Assembly (NCBI RefSeq): GCF_037042905.1
Contig: NC_087252.1
Coordinates: forward strand, 20,214,001 to 20,278,000
DNA from: Lytechinus pictus
Taxonomy: Eukaryota
Direction of reading: 5' to 3'
DNA: 64,000 nucleotides
The translations under genes were made by a program, and so were the position numbers. Position 1 is the stretch's first letter, and the number at the start of each line of letters is the position of its first letter. Positions 34,016 through 47,054 of the stretch are shown piece after piece. The notes beneath the pieces were generated by a model. That model was not told the DNA's origin and did no database searches. It saw only the letters and a list, made by a program, of their open reading frames with translations.

Positions 34016-35399
34016 CTGATACCGGAAAGGGTATTTTTACGATTATCAGCCGATAGTTCGGCTAGTCTTGACTCGCAGACCCTTTACTGACTAAATAAAC
34101 CGATGTCTATGGACAATTACACGCACAAGATCTCGCTCGAAATTTGACGGAATAAAGCCATATTTTGGTATGTATTTCCACTTCCCCATCATGTATGTTC
34201 GATATTAGGGCTAGATATATTATTCTGAACCTTCTCCATGTTTTTATTTTCAATTCTAGTGGGGGTGGGGGGGGGGGTGCATATGGAACTCTTACCAAAA
34301 CAAGATATTGAGAAATATTTGTTTTTCTTGCCCACGTTGATCACCATCATCAATATTAAGGACCGCGGTGTTTTACACTTAATGATAACTTTAAAATGTT
34401 TTTTATATGCAGTTGTTTTACAGAAATAACTTCTACCAGATCCCCTTTGACTTGATACTGCAGTACCTTCGAGTTCTTACTATCATTATAGACCGGGTGA
34501 TCTAAATCACTATAAAATACGTATTTATTTAATATTTTTAAATTGTTTGTGCAAAAATATGAAAATAATTGATTTTCATGAAAAATTCAAGATGGGCGAC
34601 AAAAATGGGGTCCTCTGGGCTTTCCATACAGGATATGACCCGGCAGCAGCACATTTGCTTGACCACTGACATCATGCCAACATGTAGGGACCATCAAACC
34701 TTATGTACCGGATCAGCTGAATAAACTCCCTGAGCCCCCGGTCTATTACCTCAGTGGAAGAACTTAAACAAACGTGTACAACATACCTGTCTGCCATTGC
34801 TCAGCTTTATCCACAGCCAAAAAAAAATAATAATAATAAGCTGTACTATGAATAAGGTAAGGTATATTGAACATAGGAGGCCCGTTTGTTGTACATCCAT
34901 AAGCTTGATACAAAGCATGAGAGCAGAACGGCTATGTAAAGAAGATTCTATTATTACAATACAGTTTCATTGTCTGCATGTTTGGGTGAACATCAATATC
35001 ATGCCCACTGTCATGTTTATAGAATGGCCAAACTCGAGAGCGCGTGAGTGTGCATATGGTGAGTGTGTGTGAAAGAGGGAAAGAGAGAGAGAGAGAGAGA
35101 GGGTGTGTGTTTAATGTCACCATCCATCCAAATCGTCAAGAAATTAAACTAAATGACTTTATGTTGTTACAATGTGAGACAAATATCCAACAAATAACTA
35201 GTTAGATCAATTCTAAATTTGATTATTTTATTTATTACAGGTATAAAACAAAGGTAAAGAAAATAACAAATCTTAAATATCTTGTAGATTCAGTTTTAGC
35301 TTTCATGATCCTGTGTTAATTCCAAATAATATAAAAATTAGCTGGCAAAGATTCCCTGGATTAAAGTCCAGAAAAAGGAGACAAGTTTTGACATTCTGT

Positions 35400-35990
35400 C
35401 CTAAAATAGGACATTCTAAGCACTTATTGCAATAATGAACAGGATAGGTATATAACTAAATAATGCGAGCGCGAAGCACGAGCGGAAAAAGAATGAGCTA
35501 GACCTACAAGCGGGACAGTCTATTCATGTTTTTTAAATCATGAAAAAGAAGGTTAAATGGGTATATTCCTACATTAATAATGTGAGTGCAAAGCGCGAGC
35601 AGAAAAAATGACATTCAGACCTAAAAAATTGACATTCAAAGCACTTTTTGCAATCATGAACAGGATAGGTATATAACTAAATAATGCGAGCGCGAAGCAC
35701 GGGCGGAAAAAATGAGTTAGACCTACAAGCGGGGCAGTCTATTCATGTTTTGTAAATCATGAAAAAGAAGGGTAAATGGGTATATTCCTACATTAATAAT
35801 GTGAGTGCAAAGCGCGAGCAGAAAAAATGACATTCAGACCTAAAAAAACATGACATTTAAAGCACTTTTTGCAATCATGAACAGGACAGGTATATAACTA
35901 AACAATGCGAGCGGGAAGCGCGAGCAGAAAAAGAATAGAGTTAGAACTAATAACTGGACACTCTATTCGTGTTTTGTAAGCCATGTAAAG
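35400..35990. repeat. ~221-bp tandem repeat with GCGAGCGCGAAGCGCGAGC motifs
   Basis: GAACAGGATAGGTATATAACTAAA at ~35437, ~35658 and ~35879. Degenerate relatives lie at 37200-37980. Confidence 0.85.
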
Positions 35991-36272
35991 GATGGGTAAT
36001 TGCGTATGTTCCTATATCAATCCCCACTTTTCGCCTGTGCAACGCAGACGGACTTTACGACGGTATATTGGTTTTGGAGTAGACTTTTGGGCCCGTCGTC
36101 ATGGTCCTAAAACTCTATCCTGCAATGCAAATTGTGTGACATGTTGCAACGGAAACATTCAATCTGCGTTTCGTGTGCAACATTCTGGTTGCTTCTATGG
36201 TAACAGCGATATATCCGATTTAGGACGACTTTCCAGAGCCACGTTTGGTTCCTCCTAGAGCTCGAGAGGCCG

Positions 36273-36581
36273 CTCGGGGGGGGGGGGCACTTCCATTGAC
36301 GAGTGGATACCAGGCGCGACCACGCGTAAAAAAGGGAAAGAGTGGGCAAGTACGTAATATAGGCCTATGTAACGTTATAAGGGTGTCAAAAGCGATGTTA
36401 AAAATACTGAAAAAAGGGATACATTTCCAATATGTTTAGGGTTTCACAAGCCAAATACTTGTTAAGGGATGCATTTTCATAATCTGGAAAAGACTTGCTT
36501 CGCTTGTTTAGGGTGCTTTTCGAAACCCTATGGTCGCGCCTGGTATCCTCTCGTCAATGGAAGTGCGCCCCCCCCCCCGGG
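36273..36581. mobile_element. Short MITE of the same family as 1101-2819
   Basis: TIRs G(n)CACTTCCATTGACGAGTGGATACCAGGCGCGACCA and TGGTCGCGCCTGGTATCCTCTCGTCAATGGAAGTG-C(n)GGG. No TSD visible. Confidence 0.75.
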
Positions 36582-37038
36582 AATTTGAATCTTATCCCCA
36601 ATTTCTTGGGAAAGTAAAACATAATGCCCATTACATTGTGTGCTAGAGGCATATCGTTTTCGTAGGAGCAAGCAAAAGAAAAAACCCCGCAAATTCGGAT
36701 GGTGTTCAGACGGTTAGGCTTATTGCATATGCCGTGCATATACCATGTACATATCAACGCATGCGAAATGGTTTCGGCTGAAGAGGTGATCTGACCCATG
36801 GAATCAATTGCCAGTGATCCACCAATAATCCACATTAGATGCAATATCGATTCGATGGACAGTAATGATCTATATCTAAGTCTGAATTCAGTAAGTTTTT
36901 CCTCACTCAATATGCACTCGATTTGTTTGAAAAACCACTTTCTTATCCATGTCATGATCTATTGTAGGCCCAGCATTTCGAATATCTCCAGCCAGTTGTC
37001 ATAGTAGATGCTCGCAGCCGGCTCAGGGGGCATCTATA

Positions 37039-37167
37039 GGGCCTGTAACACAAAGCTTAGCAATGATTGTAGAGCAGTATTCTACCTTTGATTCTATTGA
37101 CTATAATGTACAATCAATCTTGAAAATCGAGTGTATGATTAATCGTTAACTTTTGTGTTACCGGACC
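37039..37167. mobile_element. Harbinger-type MITE
   Basis: Ends GGGCCTGTAACACAAAG and TTTTGTGTTACCGGACC. Related ends occur at ~55650 and ~56984. Confidence 0.6.
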
Positions 37168-38836
37168 GAATGATGCGTCCCCGAGGTTTGCAAAAACTCC
37201 GTATCAATGCGAGCACGAAGCGCGAGCAGAAAATGTTTGATATTGTGATCTGAAAATTGGTAATTTATGCACTGAGTTAAGCACTGTGTAGGACAATTTT
37301 GAAGTGGATATTGATCGCACCTAATAATTTGTGCGAACGCAAAGCGCGAGCTGATATTTTTATTAGACCTCTTATTATTTTGACATATGTCCGGGACATT
37401 CTAAGGACATTTTGTCATCTTATGAAAAATGATAACTGTCTTTTTATTCCTCTTCCTTAGCGCGGGATGCTTGTCGATATTACCTTGTGAAAAAGGGACA
37501 TTTTTATGAATTCATGAAAATGTTATCTTATTCATTGATGTAATAAACCAATAAACCTAATGAGAGCGCGAAACTTGTTAATATTAAGTCCTGAAAAGAG
37601 AGTTTTAAAGATACTAAGAAGGTAGACATTCACCAATCAAAATGTGAGTGCGCTGCGCTGGCTGATAGGTTTTGACAATCAACCCTGAAAGGGATATTTT
37701 GATAACCTTATAGGTACTTGACAAATCAAATTCTGCGAGCGCGCAGTGCGGGCTGTAAATGTTGATACTTAGACAATAAAACGGACATACCGAACACTTT
37801 GTGAAAATCAATTTGTAAATCAAACAAAATAAGGAATGCTTGATGTCCGTGCTGAAATAGGTTTTGAATTTACTTCAAAACTTGATATTTTAAGCTCCAT
37901 ATCAGCCTATTTATTGAGCAAGATATGTATCTCATTGAATATACAACGCCATGGCGAAGCGCGAGCGAAAAATTTATACAGTTGCATGAATTTGTTTTTA
38001 CCAAGTCTTCTCCTTATCTTATTTCATTCACTCGTCTTCTTACTCTTTTTTTTCCTTCTTTCTTCCCCTTTTTTTTTCTTTCCGCCCTTTATTTTTCTCC
38101 TCCAATGGGGGGGGGGGGGGGGAGGCAGTTATTATTCAAGTGGGTCTATTTTGTAGACTACACTAGCATTATGGGTCAGGAAACTGGCCATGTATGTGTA
38201 GTTGAGGACTGTATATTATGCATTGATATACAGATTTTGTTTATCTGTTTCTATACGTATATTGATTTTGTTTTCTTTCTACAACTTCATGTATTCGACC
38301 TTTGGCTGCGAATTGAATTTTATTATGATAAATACATTTATCTCAGTGTACACACACACACGCGCGCGCGCAAGCGCACACACACACACACCCTCACACA
38401 CACACACACACACACACATAATCCAGTCAAACGGTCGTCCTTAACTTACGAAAATCTCTTTACTAAAAGACACTTTTAATAAATTCTATTCATATTTTTT
38501 ATTGCATTACTGATAAATATATCATGTGTTGGTTTATAAAATAGAAGTACCAATTAGATTTATCAATTAACATAGGACAAAGTATGCATTACAAAAAAAA
38601 AAAAACGCTACATAACAAACTAATAAGACATTGTAAAAGCCAAGATATTAAGTCAAAAGAAAATAGAGTTTAAATCAGTGATGTAAAAGGTGCTTCTAAA
38701 GCCAATGAGGCTTAATAAATTTGATGCCCCCGTAAAAAAAATGGTACATATAGTCAACGAAAAATACTCCCCACCAAAATAAAATCGATTTCTTGTTGAG
38801 TGAAATTCTATCTTCTTAATAAGTTATTTTTCAAGG

Positions 38837-39143
38837 CAGTGGCGTACCCAGGATTTTCCACAGGAGAAGGGAGGCAAAACCGCCCGCCCAAAAATTTGAC
38901 AAGCAAAACAAAAAAAGGTCTTCAATCACAAATAACGGATTTCGTACCAGAAAAAAAATTGACAAGCAAAAAAAAAAGGTCTTCAAGCTAGTCAGGGGGG
39001 CAATAAAGGTCTTCAAGCTCGTCAGGGGGGGGGGGGGGGGAAAGGTCTTTCAAGCTCGTCATGGGGGCAGGGATACGTCCTTTGCATGGGTTGTGGCTCA
39101 TCAGGGGGCACACTGCCCCCCCCCCCCCGTAGGTACGCTAGTG
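38837..39143. mobile_element. hAT-type MITE
   Basis: Ends CAGTGGCGTACC and GGTACGCTAGTG, with a perfect 8-bp TSD TTTCAAGG. Confidence 0.85.
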
Positions 39144-39222
39144 TTTCAAGGGAAGCATTCGTTCTTGAAATGAAGTTCGCTCTAAATGAATTTCAAAATG
39201 AGGGTTCCTTAATATAGCCTAC

Positions 39223-40256
39223 CTGAGAATGTTCCTGCCATCGTTGCCCCCAATCCATAACAGAAACTAGAAAGAGCGAGGGCCATGTCACAATTACTAT
39301 CGTCAAAGACAGCATCCTCGATTATGCTGCTGCAAAAGGCATCCACGATGAAGAAGCAGAACCCTCAAATAAATGCTAAATCAGCACGTGACTGGTAATC
39401 AGAACTGGTGACGTCCAGCAGAAATGATACGACGCAGATACAAGATACCGGGATGTACACAGCACAAGCATTGACTCTTTTATAGAGGAGGAGGATGGAG
39501 ACGGTTCTCCCAATAATGCCGCCGACACCACCGATTGTTGAGAGGTAGACAGCATTAGAAGATTGGATACCAAGTTGTTCAGTATGGGGAACCAAAAAAA
39601 AAATCCAATAATAAACAGTGTGAGATTCTATGACAAGGATCGGGGTGGAGAAAGGGTAGAGCGGCTCGTTTAACAATCCGCAAGATCGTTTGCAGGATTG
39701 AATGAATGACCCTTTCAGGGTGGATTGTGGGTCCGATGACATCTCCTGCTTATCAATCCTAAACCTATCCAACTGAATCAAACGCCTTCGCTCTGTCACT
39801 CCTTCAGTTCCTTGTCCATCATCCGCTTTACCACACAACATTGTCTTACTTTGGGAGGATTCTGTTCCTGAGTAACACTTCCGGTCATCATTCTGTTCCT
39901 GTACTTCTTCTAACATGGTAGATCTTTGCTCCATTGCGTTCATAGTAACGCCTCCAAGAATCCGTAAGCTTGAAGTGATTTTCCAATATTTGTTTGCTCT
40001 TTCAAGTCTAACAACACTGTCGGTTCTTAAAAATGGTGTGAAAGATAACAAAACCCATCTTACACAGTAGATGAGTAATCGCTGATGGCATACTGCATAT
40101 CAACCGAACAGTACCGTAACAAGAGTCGAGACGTTCGGCCATGGTCGGAATAAGAACCCCGAATGATTTTGCCATCCCGGTATCCATAAAGAGCAACACA
40201 AATTTGCTTAGAACGATCACATAACCCCATTAGAACATTCAGGTTGCCACAGCCAT
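39223..40256 (-). pseudogene. Monocarboxylate transporter (SLC16/MFS) pseudogene
   Basis: MAVAT*MF*WGYVIVLSKFVLLFMDTGMAKSFGVLIP.. carries the SLC16 TM1 W-G-x-V motif. Further remnants: YWIFFLVPHTEQLGI..AVYLSTIGGVGGIIGR and ..FCYGLGATMAGTFS|gt (donor at 39222). Several stops, a frameshift and an internal deletion. Confidence 0.8.
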
Positions 40257-40527
40257 TTTATTAGTTCCACATATATATTTACTGGAATTTAGTCCAAGGT
40301 AATATATATGCCTATGACGAAATAAGGAACCAAAACTGCCACTTCGCAATGTTCGCATTATAATGTACAGCAATATCAAGAAATACAGAGTGGGTCAGAA
40401 AAATATGTCCCATTAGTTTGAAGTGGTCTTGTCTAAAGGATGAAATTTTAATCATAGATTTATTGATATGTCCTGATATAATTTTGATGCTATTTTCGAA
40501 CGGAATGGTATTCATGACTGACTAATA

Positions 40528-40660
40528 CCTCGGTCACATTCGCTCTACGCCGAGTCGAAAACCGCCGTTTTAACATTTGTTTGGTACCAGGTATAGGTGG
40601 TTTGAATAAAAATGAATAAAATTGCTGTTTTCGACTCGCCGTAGAGCAAATGTGACCAAG
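40528..40660. mobile_element. Small palindromic MITE
   Basis: CCTCGGTCACATTCGCTCTACGCCGAGTCGAAAAC versus GTTTTCGACTCGCCGTAGAGCAAATGTGACCAAG. Confidence 0.7.
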
Positions 40661-40879
40661 ATATAAGACGCAATCTCCGGAAAGTCTGTCGTTAAATCTC
40701 AGTTGCGCCGAGATGCTGGGTGAAGAATCAAACAAAGTCTGAAAAGGATAATTGTGTGCACACTAAAAGACACCAACCCATTGTTCACCCACACACCTCT
40801 TTTCTTGGCCACACACACATCCACCCACCGCCACCAAAACACGCGCTTCTTAGAAAAAACTTCATAAACCCCTCATTAA

Positions 40880-41745
40880 AGACCCTGACCGGTGTAAAAA
40901 CAATCATATATAAAAATAAAGGTAATGATTCATACAATTCAAATATACCAAAAATATTACATATATCTCCTTCCAATAGTTATAAATATTAAATAAAAAT
41001 AAAAAAAAACTGCTTCTCCAAAGTACGCTTCGATTGAGCACCCCAACGTCGCTTGAAAATGATGACGTCACGTTGTGTCAGGAGGGTTGTGATTCCATAG
41101 GTTTGTGTACAAGAGCATTGGGTATTTTCTTCCATTTCCATGTTATGAATCCATTTTTTTTTCGTTTTCAGATGAAAATAGCACTCAAAATTATTCACTG
41201 TTCAAATTGTTGTAAACCTACAACTATTTACTACCTTTTTTGTGATTTCTTTGTTTGGCTCTTATTGGGCTTAAATTGCTATGTCAGGAAAAGTTGTTAT
41301 ACATAATCTAAATGCAGATGGAATTTAAATCTGCGCCAAATAAGCAGGAAATAAAATATGGCAAAACTAGTTCAAACTGTAGATTCATAAATTCAAGCTT
41401 GTGGGTAAAAATATATGTGATATCCCTCTGTGATAAAAGTAAAGAAATTAATGAAATGCGTTATCTGGAAAGCAAAAAAATCACCCAGTTTTTCTGTGTT
41501 CAAACCTATGGAATCACGACGCTTCTTACACAACGTGACGTCACGGTCGCGAGGCAGGTGAAAAGCACAATAAAGTCTATTTTCTAAGCGGGGTTCGAAG
41601 CCCGATAATTGGAATATTCTTAAGCAAAATACTCAGCTAGGAAGCGGTGAAAATGCATAAAGCATACCTTGCTGTATTTAGTAGCTTATAATCTTTCGAT
41701 TGGTATATAATTTATCAATTTCATTTTCGGGTCCGGTCTGGATCT
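40880..41745. mobile_element. Kolobok-type non-autonomous element
   Basis: TTAA TSD on both sides. Ends AGACCCTGACCGG and CCGGTCTGGATCT. Internal inverted repeats TGACGTCACGTTGTGT..GATTCCATAGGTTTG (41063-41105 versus 41501-41543). Confidence 0.7.
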
Positions 41746-42807
41746 TTAAGTAGTGATTACAATTCCTCATATTCGTATCTGATTGATCATGTCCTGATAA
41801 AAAGTGGCCACTCTATTCCACTGTTAATCTTCAAAATTGTTTGCCTGATTTGGAAACACGTATGTTTGGCCCTTCACAAATGTGTGGATATCTGAGGGTG
41901 TGTGGGTGGTGGTGAGTGTGGAACGGGTGATTTGTTGTTTATGTGTGGGTCTGTGTAGGGGTGAGTTTGGTGGAATATGTGGGTGTGTCTGTGTGTGGAA
42001 TGCCGGCTAGGTGTCGGTATCTATCTGCATGCGTGCACCTTTTTTCATTCTTCAACTAATGACTTGGCGCAACTAAGATTTTACGACCTTCTGGAGATTG
42101 CTTTGTAGTCAGTCATGCAGGCAAATATCAGTATGAATATGGTATCAAAATGAGAGTGGGAATAACTCTATATCAATAACTGTTCATAGTTTAGACAAGA
42201 CAACGCCAATTTGATGGGATATGTTTTTTCTGACTAACTCTGTACTTCAACTTTGCAATCTTGCTTTTCGACCAGACATACCATATCCATGCTACAGTTC
42301 AATAGTTCATTGTGAAAGAACGAAGGTAAGTTTCTTTTAATTTTGTTTATAAATAAATTTACGCGGTCACATCTCTAAAAGGTCGGACGGGTATTAAGCG
42401 TTCTCCCACCTATAGGCCGCGAAAAAACGAAGCTATGACTCTTGCAGGGTTATTTCATGTTAGCTTTGATTGTGAGCACTGCAAAACGTAGTCTAAAAAA
42501 CAGCTTTGTATTATTTGATAATCGCTCTCTTTAGTCTTTTGAATATGAATAATTTTGAAGAAAATATAAATCCGCCATTTTGGGGGATTTTAAAACACTT
42601 CTGGTTAGGATTTGGCAGAAACTGCAGCGTAATTATGTAAAAATTCACCTCTTGAAACTGCAAGTCTTTTTGTCTCTGATCCGTGAGTGGAAATGGTTAG
42701 AGCTATCATTTGTCTCAAACGGCATGAATTCTGTGATATTTCCTCTTTTCAGTCATATGAGTTTAAATAATTTCTGAAAAATATAAATTTGTGATTTATT
42801 ACATTAA

Positions 42808-43048
42808 TATAATAATAATAATAGCTGGATTTATAAAGCGCTTTTTGCCAGAGGATACAAAGTGCTGCTATCATTATCCCGGCTTTAGCTCGAGCTACCA
42901 TCACCGGCACTCAGTGCATGCAAGGAATTACTCATGCCGGGTACCCATTAACCTCACCTGGGTCGAGTGTAGCACAGTATGGATACATTTCTTGCTGAAG
43001 GAAAATACGCCATGGCTACGATTCGAACCCACGACCCTCTGTTTCAAA
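42808..43048 (-). mobile_element. tRNA-derived SINE with an L2-type 3' tail
   Basis: Minus-strand B-box GGGTTCGAATC, a core shared with 9056-9240, and a 3' end CGCTTTATAAATCCAGC(TAT)n. Confidence 0.75.
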
Positions 43049-46000
43049 GCACATTATAGCACATTATTCGAAAGAGAAGGGTGAGTGGAAACGGAGGAGA
43101 AAATGGCCATGAGAAAAATATAAGTGGATAGCGTTAATGAGAGAAAGGTCGAAAGAGTTGAATATTTATCGAATAATTACAATGGCGCAGATGTAGAACC
43201 ACAACGATGTAACTATACCTACTTTACCGAGTCTATCGCCTTTATGGGACAAATGGCTAACCATATGTCCGATATTTAAAAAAAAATCAATTTCGATAAA
43301 CTAATTTTTTTTCGGCGAAGAACTATCCTTTTTTTTATTTCGATAAACTTAGTTATTTGTCGGCAAAGAACTAATATTTTTTCGGTTACGATTAACCAAG
43401 TTTTCTGATGATAAATCCGGGATAAAAAAAGAAACCAGTGTATATCGACAAGAAACTTATATTATCGACTTTATCATGTTTATGTGACACAAATGGCTCT
43501 CCGTTCCGAGTCAATGTCAAACGACTTCTGGGGATTCCCCGCTGACAGTTGATGTACATGATGAAATGAATTCCCATGGAATATCGTAGTTGGTACGTAA
43601 TCATGGAGACTTATTGATGTAGAGTAAACGCATTTCTGCGACGATTGAACGCAGGCTACCATCAACTATCTAAATTTAGAGGAAAATCATGTCTCATCCA
43701 TAAGTACAGGGAATCATTATTGTGTGAGTCGGTAAGTTGCGATTCCTAAAGTAGGCATCATCGTTCGCTTGAAATTGAAACTTAGATAAATATGCCAATT
43801 TGTTACATGTTTTACGTATGCAAATCGGAAGGAGATATCACATTGCACTGCAGTATTATGCGCATTGCAACAGGCGACATGCTACATGTTAGGGTTCTTT
43901 TATTCAGAAGATTGAATAATCCTCATATCTAACTAAACTGGCGTTAACATGAACAGATGCTCCTGATATTCACAACCGATTGTGATTTTTGTTGTTACCT
44001 GCAGTGATGGATGTAGGATTTACCAAAAGTGGGGGCGTTTGTGTACAGGAAAAGTTTGACAAGTAAATAAAATGGTTTTCATTACCAATCGAGGTCATTT
44101 TGTTCCAGAAAAAAATTGACATGCCCAAACAAAAAAAGGTTCACTACCAAATCAGTCCTCACTTATTCCCCTAAAAAAGTCTGTGCTATCGTAATAAACA
44201 TAATTAGCATAATGACCTAATATGCATGAGTGTAACTAAAAAATCAGCACTCCGAAGTGCAGTCACTATACACGCTCTTTAAGAGCTGAATTAGCACTTC
44301 GTTTTTTAGAGTGTATTATTTTTTTTCTTGATTTATTTTTTATTTTATTTTTTTTTTGTTTGCTTTGTGTGTGTGTGTGTTTTGTCTTTTTTATTCTTTC
44401 TCATTTTTCTACTTCTTATGCATTGTTTATCAAGGGAGTGGGGTGGGGGGTTGGGTGGGGAAGCGTGGCTGAGTGTGTGTTTTGTGTTTTTTATCATTAT
44501 AACTTCGTCAAATTCGTAAAGGAAAACAAATGTTCAACTTGAGATTTATTTGTAGATTATGAGTATGTTTGTGTTTTCTAATATTCAGAGATATTTCTAG
44601 AGCATGTGGAAGATTTTATTCTGAATTAATATTCTGATTATGAATTGTAAAAGATATATGTACAATTGATTCTAAGTTTACTGTTGAAATAATGAATTTA
44701 AATTGTTTATGTATGTATTATGATTCAACTATGTTAATGATTTCACGTTATTTATTATCTTCATATGTCATACATGTATATTGGTGAGAAGAAATTTAAG
44801 ATGATTTTTAAAATATTAGAAAATAGCAGAATGCACTAAGTAATATTTAGGTGTAATTATATATCCTTTGTCATTTTATATCGAGAAAGTCAGAAAACAT
44901 GCCTTGAATAATACAGTACGAGGAATTAATTTATGACATTATTTTATTGCATTACTTAAATAAAATGAAAACTATTGTCATGAATGGATTCCTCAGAAAA
45001 AAGGTATCGTTTATGTTTTCATAATTTAAGACTAGTAGCTATTATTATATGCTAATTAGATGATTATGATGATTACGCTAATTGAGATAATATTTAAGAA
45101 AATTGCTCAAGGATGCCAAGGTGGCAATCAAGCTGAATTTACTTCAATACTCATCTAGAACATGAATCAACCAAAATATTGTACTTAAAAACTTTTCCAG
45201 GTCTACGTGGCTTATGAGACCGTCTACCTGCGTACATTATGATATGAATGTTTCAGTGACGTACATTCAAGCAGCGAATCTATTATACCGGGTGAATACT
45301 ACCCGTTGCTGCACCCCACTTGAATACAGTGCGTGGCGTCAGGTGTTTACACGAGTAAAATTGTGATTGCCCTACAAAGAACAGAACACACCGAGGCATG
45401 ACGAAACGCAGACAAAGAAAAAAGGGAACAAAAGAACAAAATGTGGAGGTAAAAAACCGGGACTACATTTTCAATCATTTTATTAAAAGCCACGTTTGCT
45501 GCCGGAGGGATGAACTGTTTCAGGCATATTTCAATTTCATTTGGAGCTTTTTTTACTCGTATCCTTCGATACATTCCCTTGTCACGATTGCAAAAAGTGC
45601 TTGGAATGCTTTCAGGTCGGAATAGCAAAAAGCTTGCGCTCCGCGCTTGCATCAATAGATTAGTAACAATATGCTCGTCATGATGTCACTGAAAACAGTC
45701 CTATTTCATGTCTAAATGGTTAAAATAAATGAAGTTCACCCTCCTTGATCGTATAACTAACTCTCTATGAAAGATTGAATTGAATAAAAAGAGAAATATT
45801 CAACAAGCTTAATTATGAAGATGTCATCTAAAGTAATAAAGGCGGTTATGGAAATAAATAGTAATAAAGGCGGTTATGGAAGTAAATTTCGGCTTTAATT
45901 AAAAAAAAAAACAGGTACATGCCCATCCTGGTAGTATGCTAATAAGGAAACTTATGACGACGCCCACTCTCCATTTATTTTCATGTTATCATACAAGTTA

Positions 46001-47054
46001 CATGAAATATGAAATGTTTAGATTTTCTACTCATTATAACTAAAATTTGAAACAAGGTTTTAATCCTCCCTGAACACGTGGAATTGTCATTGTAACCTAT
46101 ATTGTTTTGATATACAGTCTCGTAATTTTCACGTGAAAATTGAATATTGTATTCATATAATAAGATAAATGAGTGATAACATCAAGTCGCTCACTTACAT
46201 CTCACTGTGTTGTACATGGAACTATTTTGTAAAAAAAGAGCGAAATTATCAAATGTCATGACGTTTTTATTTTAATTATTTATTTATATTTATTCATTTC
46301 GTTTTATTTATACAGGGTAGCCCCATCAGTAGTCATGTACTGTTTTCCAGGGGGCCCTGTAAAAAAATATTTACAAAATAACAAACAAGCAAATTACATA
46401 AGGAAAACAAATAGAATATGCAAAATAATCAGAAGTGAATACATGGAAAAAGATGATGGTACATAAGTATAATGTTTTATCTTGTTATATCATATTTTAT
46501 CTCAGATATTTTATCTCAGATTTTCATTTTTTTAAATCAGGTTGATACTAGTATGATATTTTTTTTTCTCAAAGCAACGATTTTGTTGGTAGGTCTTGAC
46601 CTCTAAATAAGCTTTTAGTTATTCGGTCTGGTTGGAATGGCAACAGCGGCTCGCACTTCGCGCTAGAATCATTTATTTAATCAGATACCTATCCTGTTCA
46701 TGATTACAAAAAGTGCTTAGACTATTCCGTGTTCAGGCCGTGAAGAAAAAAAAATCAGTTAGTTTTATTGACGCATGTTTAATGTTTGCCTAGAAAGGTT
46801 TTTCAAAGACCTTTTTTATTTAAATTTGAGGCAAGACTCTGAATTAATACAAGTCTGAGATTTGCAGTCTGCTTCAAAGCCTCCAAAAGCGCCCTCTTGC
46901 GTCGAGTGCAAAACTACTGACAGAAAAAATTGCTGCGCGGACCTGAAGGCCAAACTGGATCATCATTTCTTACCAGGATTTTATTTGTAATAATGGCAAA
47001 ACTTTTCAATCTCACACTTTAATTTTACACTTTTCCCCACAGATTTCAAGAATA

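Larger units (their letters stand above)
32100..34797 (-). pseudogene. Type II membrane-anchored alpha/beta-hydrolase-like pseudogene (first three exons)
   Basis: Exon 34797-34787 reads ATGGCAGACAG|gtatgt. Exon 33539-33406 encodes HHRESVIPVVKSKGTPPSVICVVVAIVFLVIGGLVGIAIHIFTS, a TM helix, with canonical AG/GT. Exon 32340-32100 encodes ..TVIVEPVRDHGVEAALVVIPGAEIRGEAYLPL. Phases match (2, then 1). The exon-3 acceptor reads AA, there is an in-frame TGA at 32273-32275, and a LINE truncates the exon. Confidence 0.65.
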
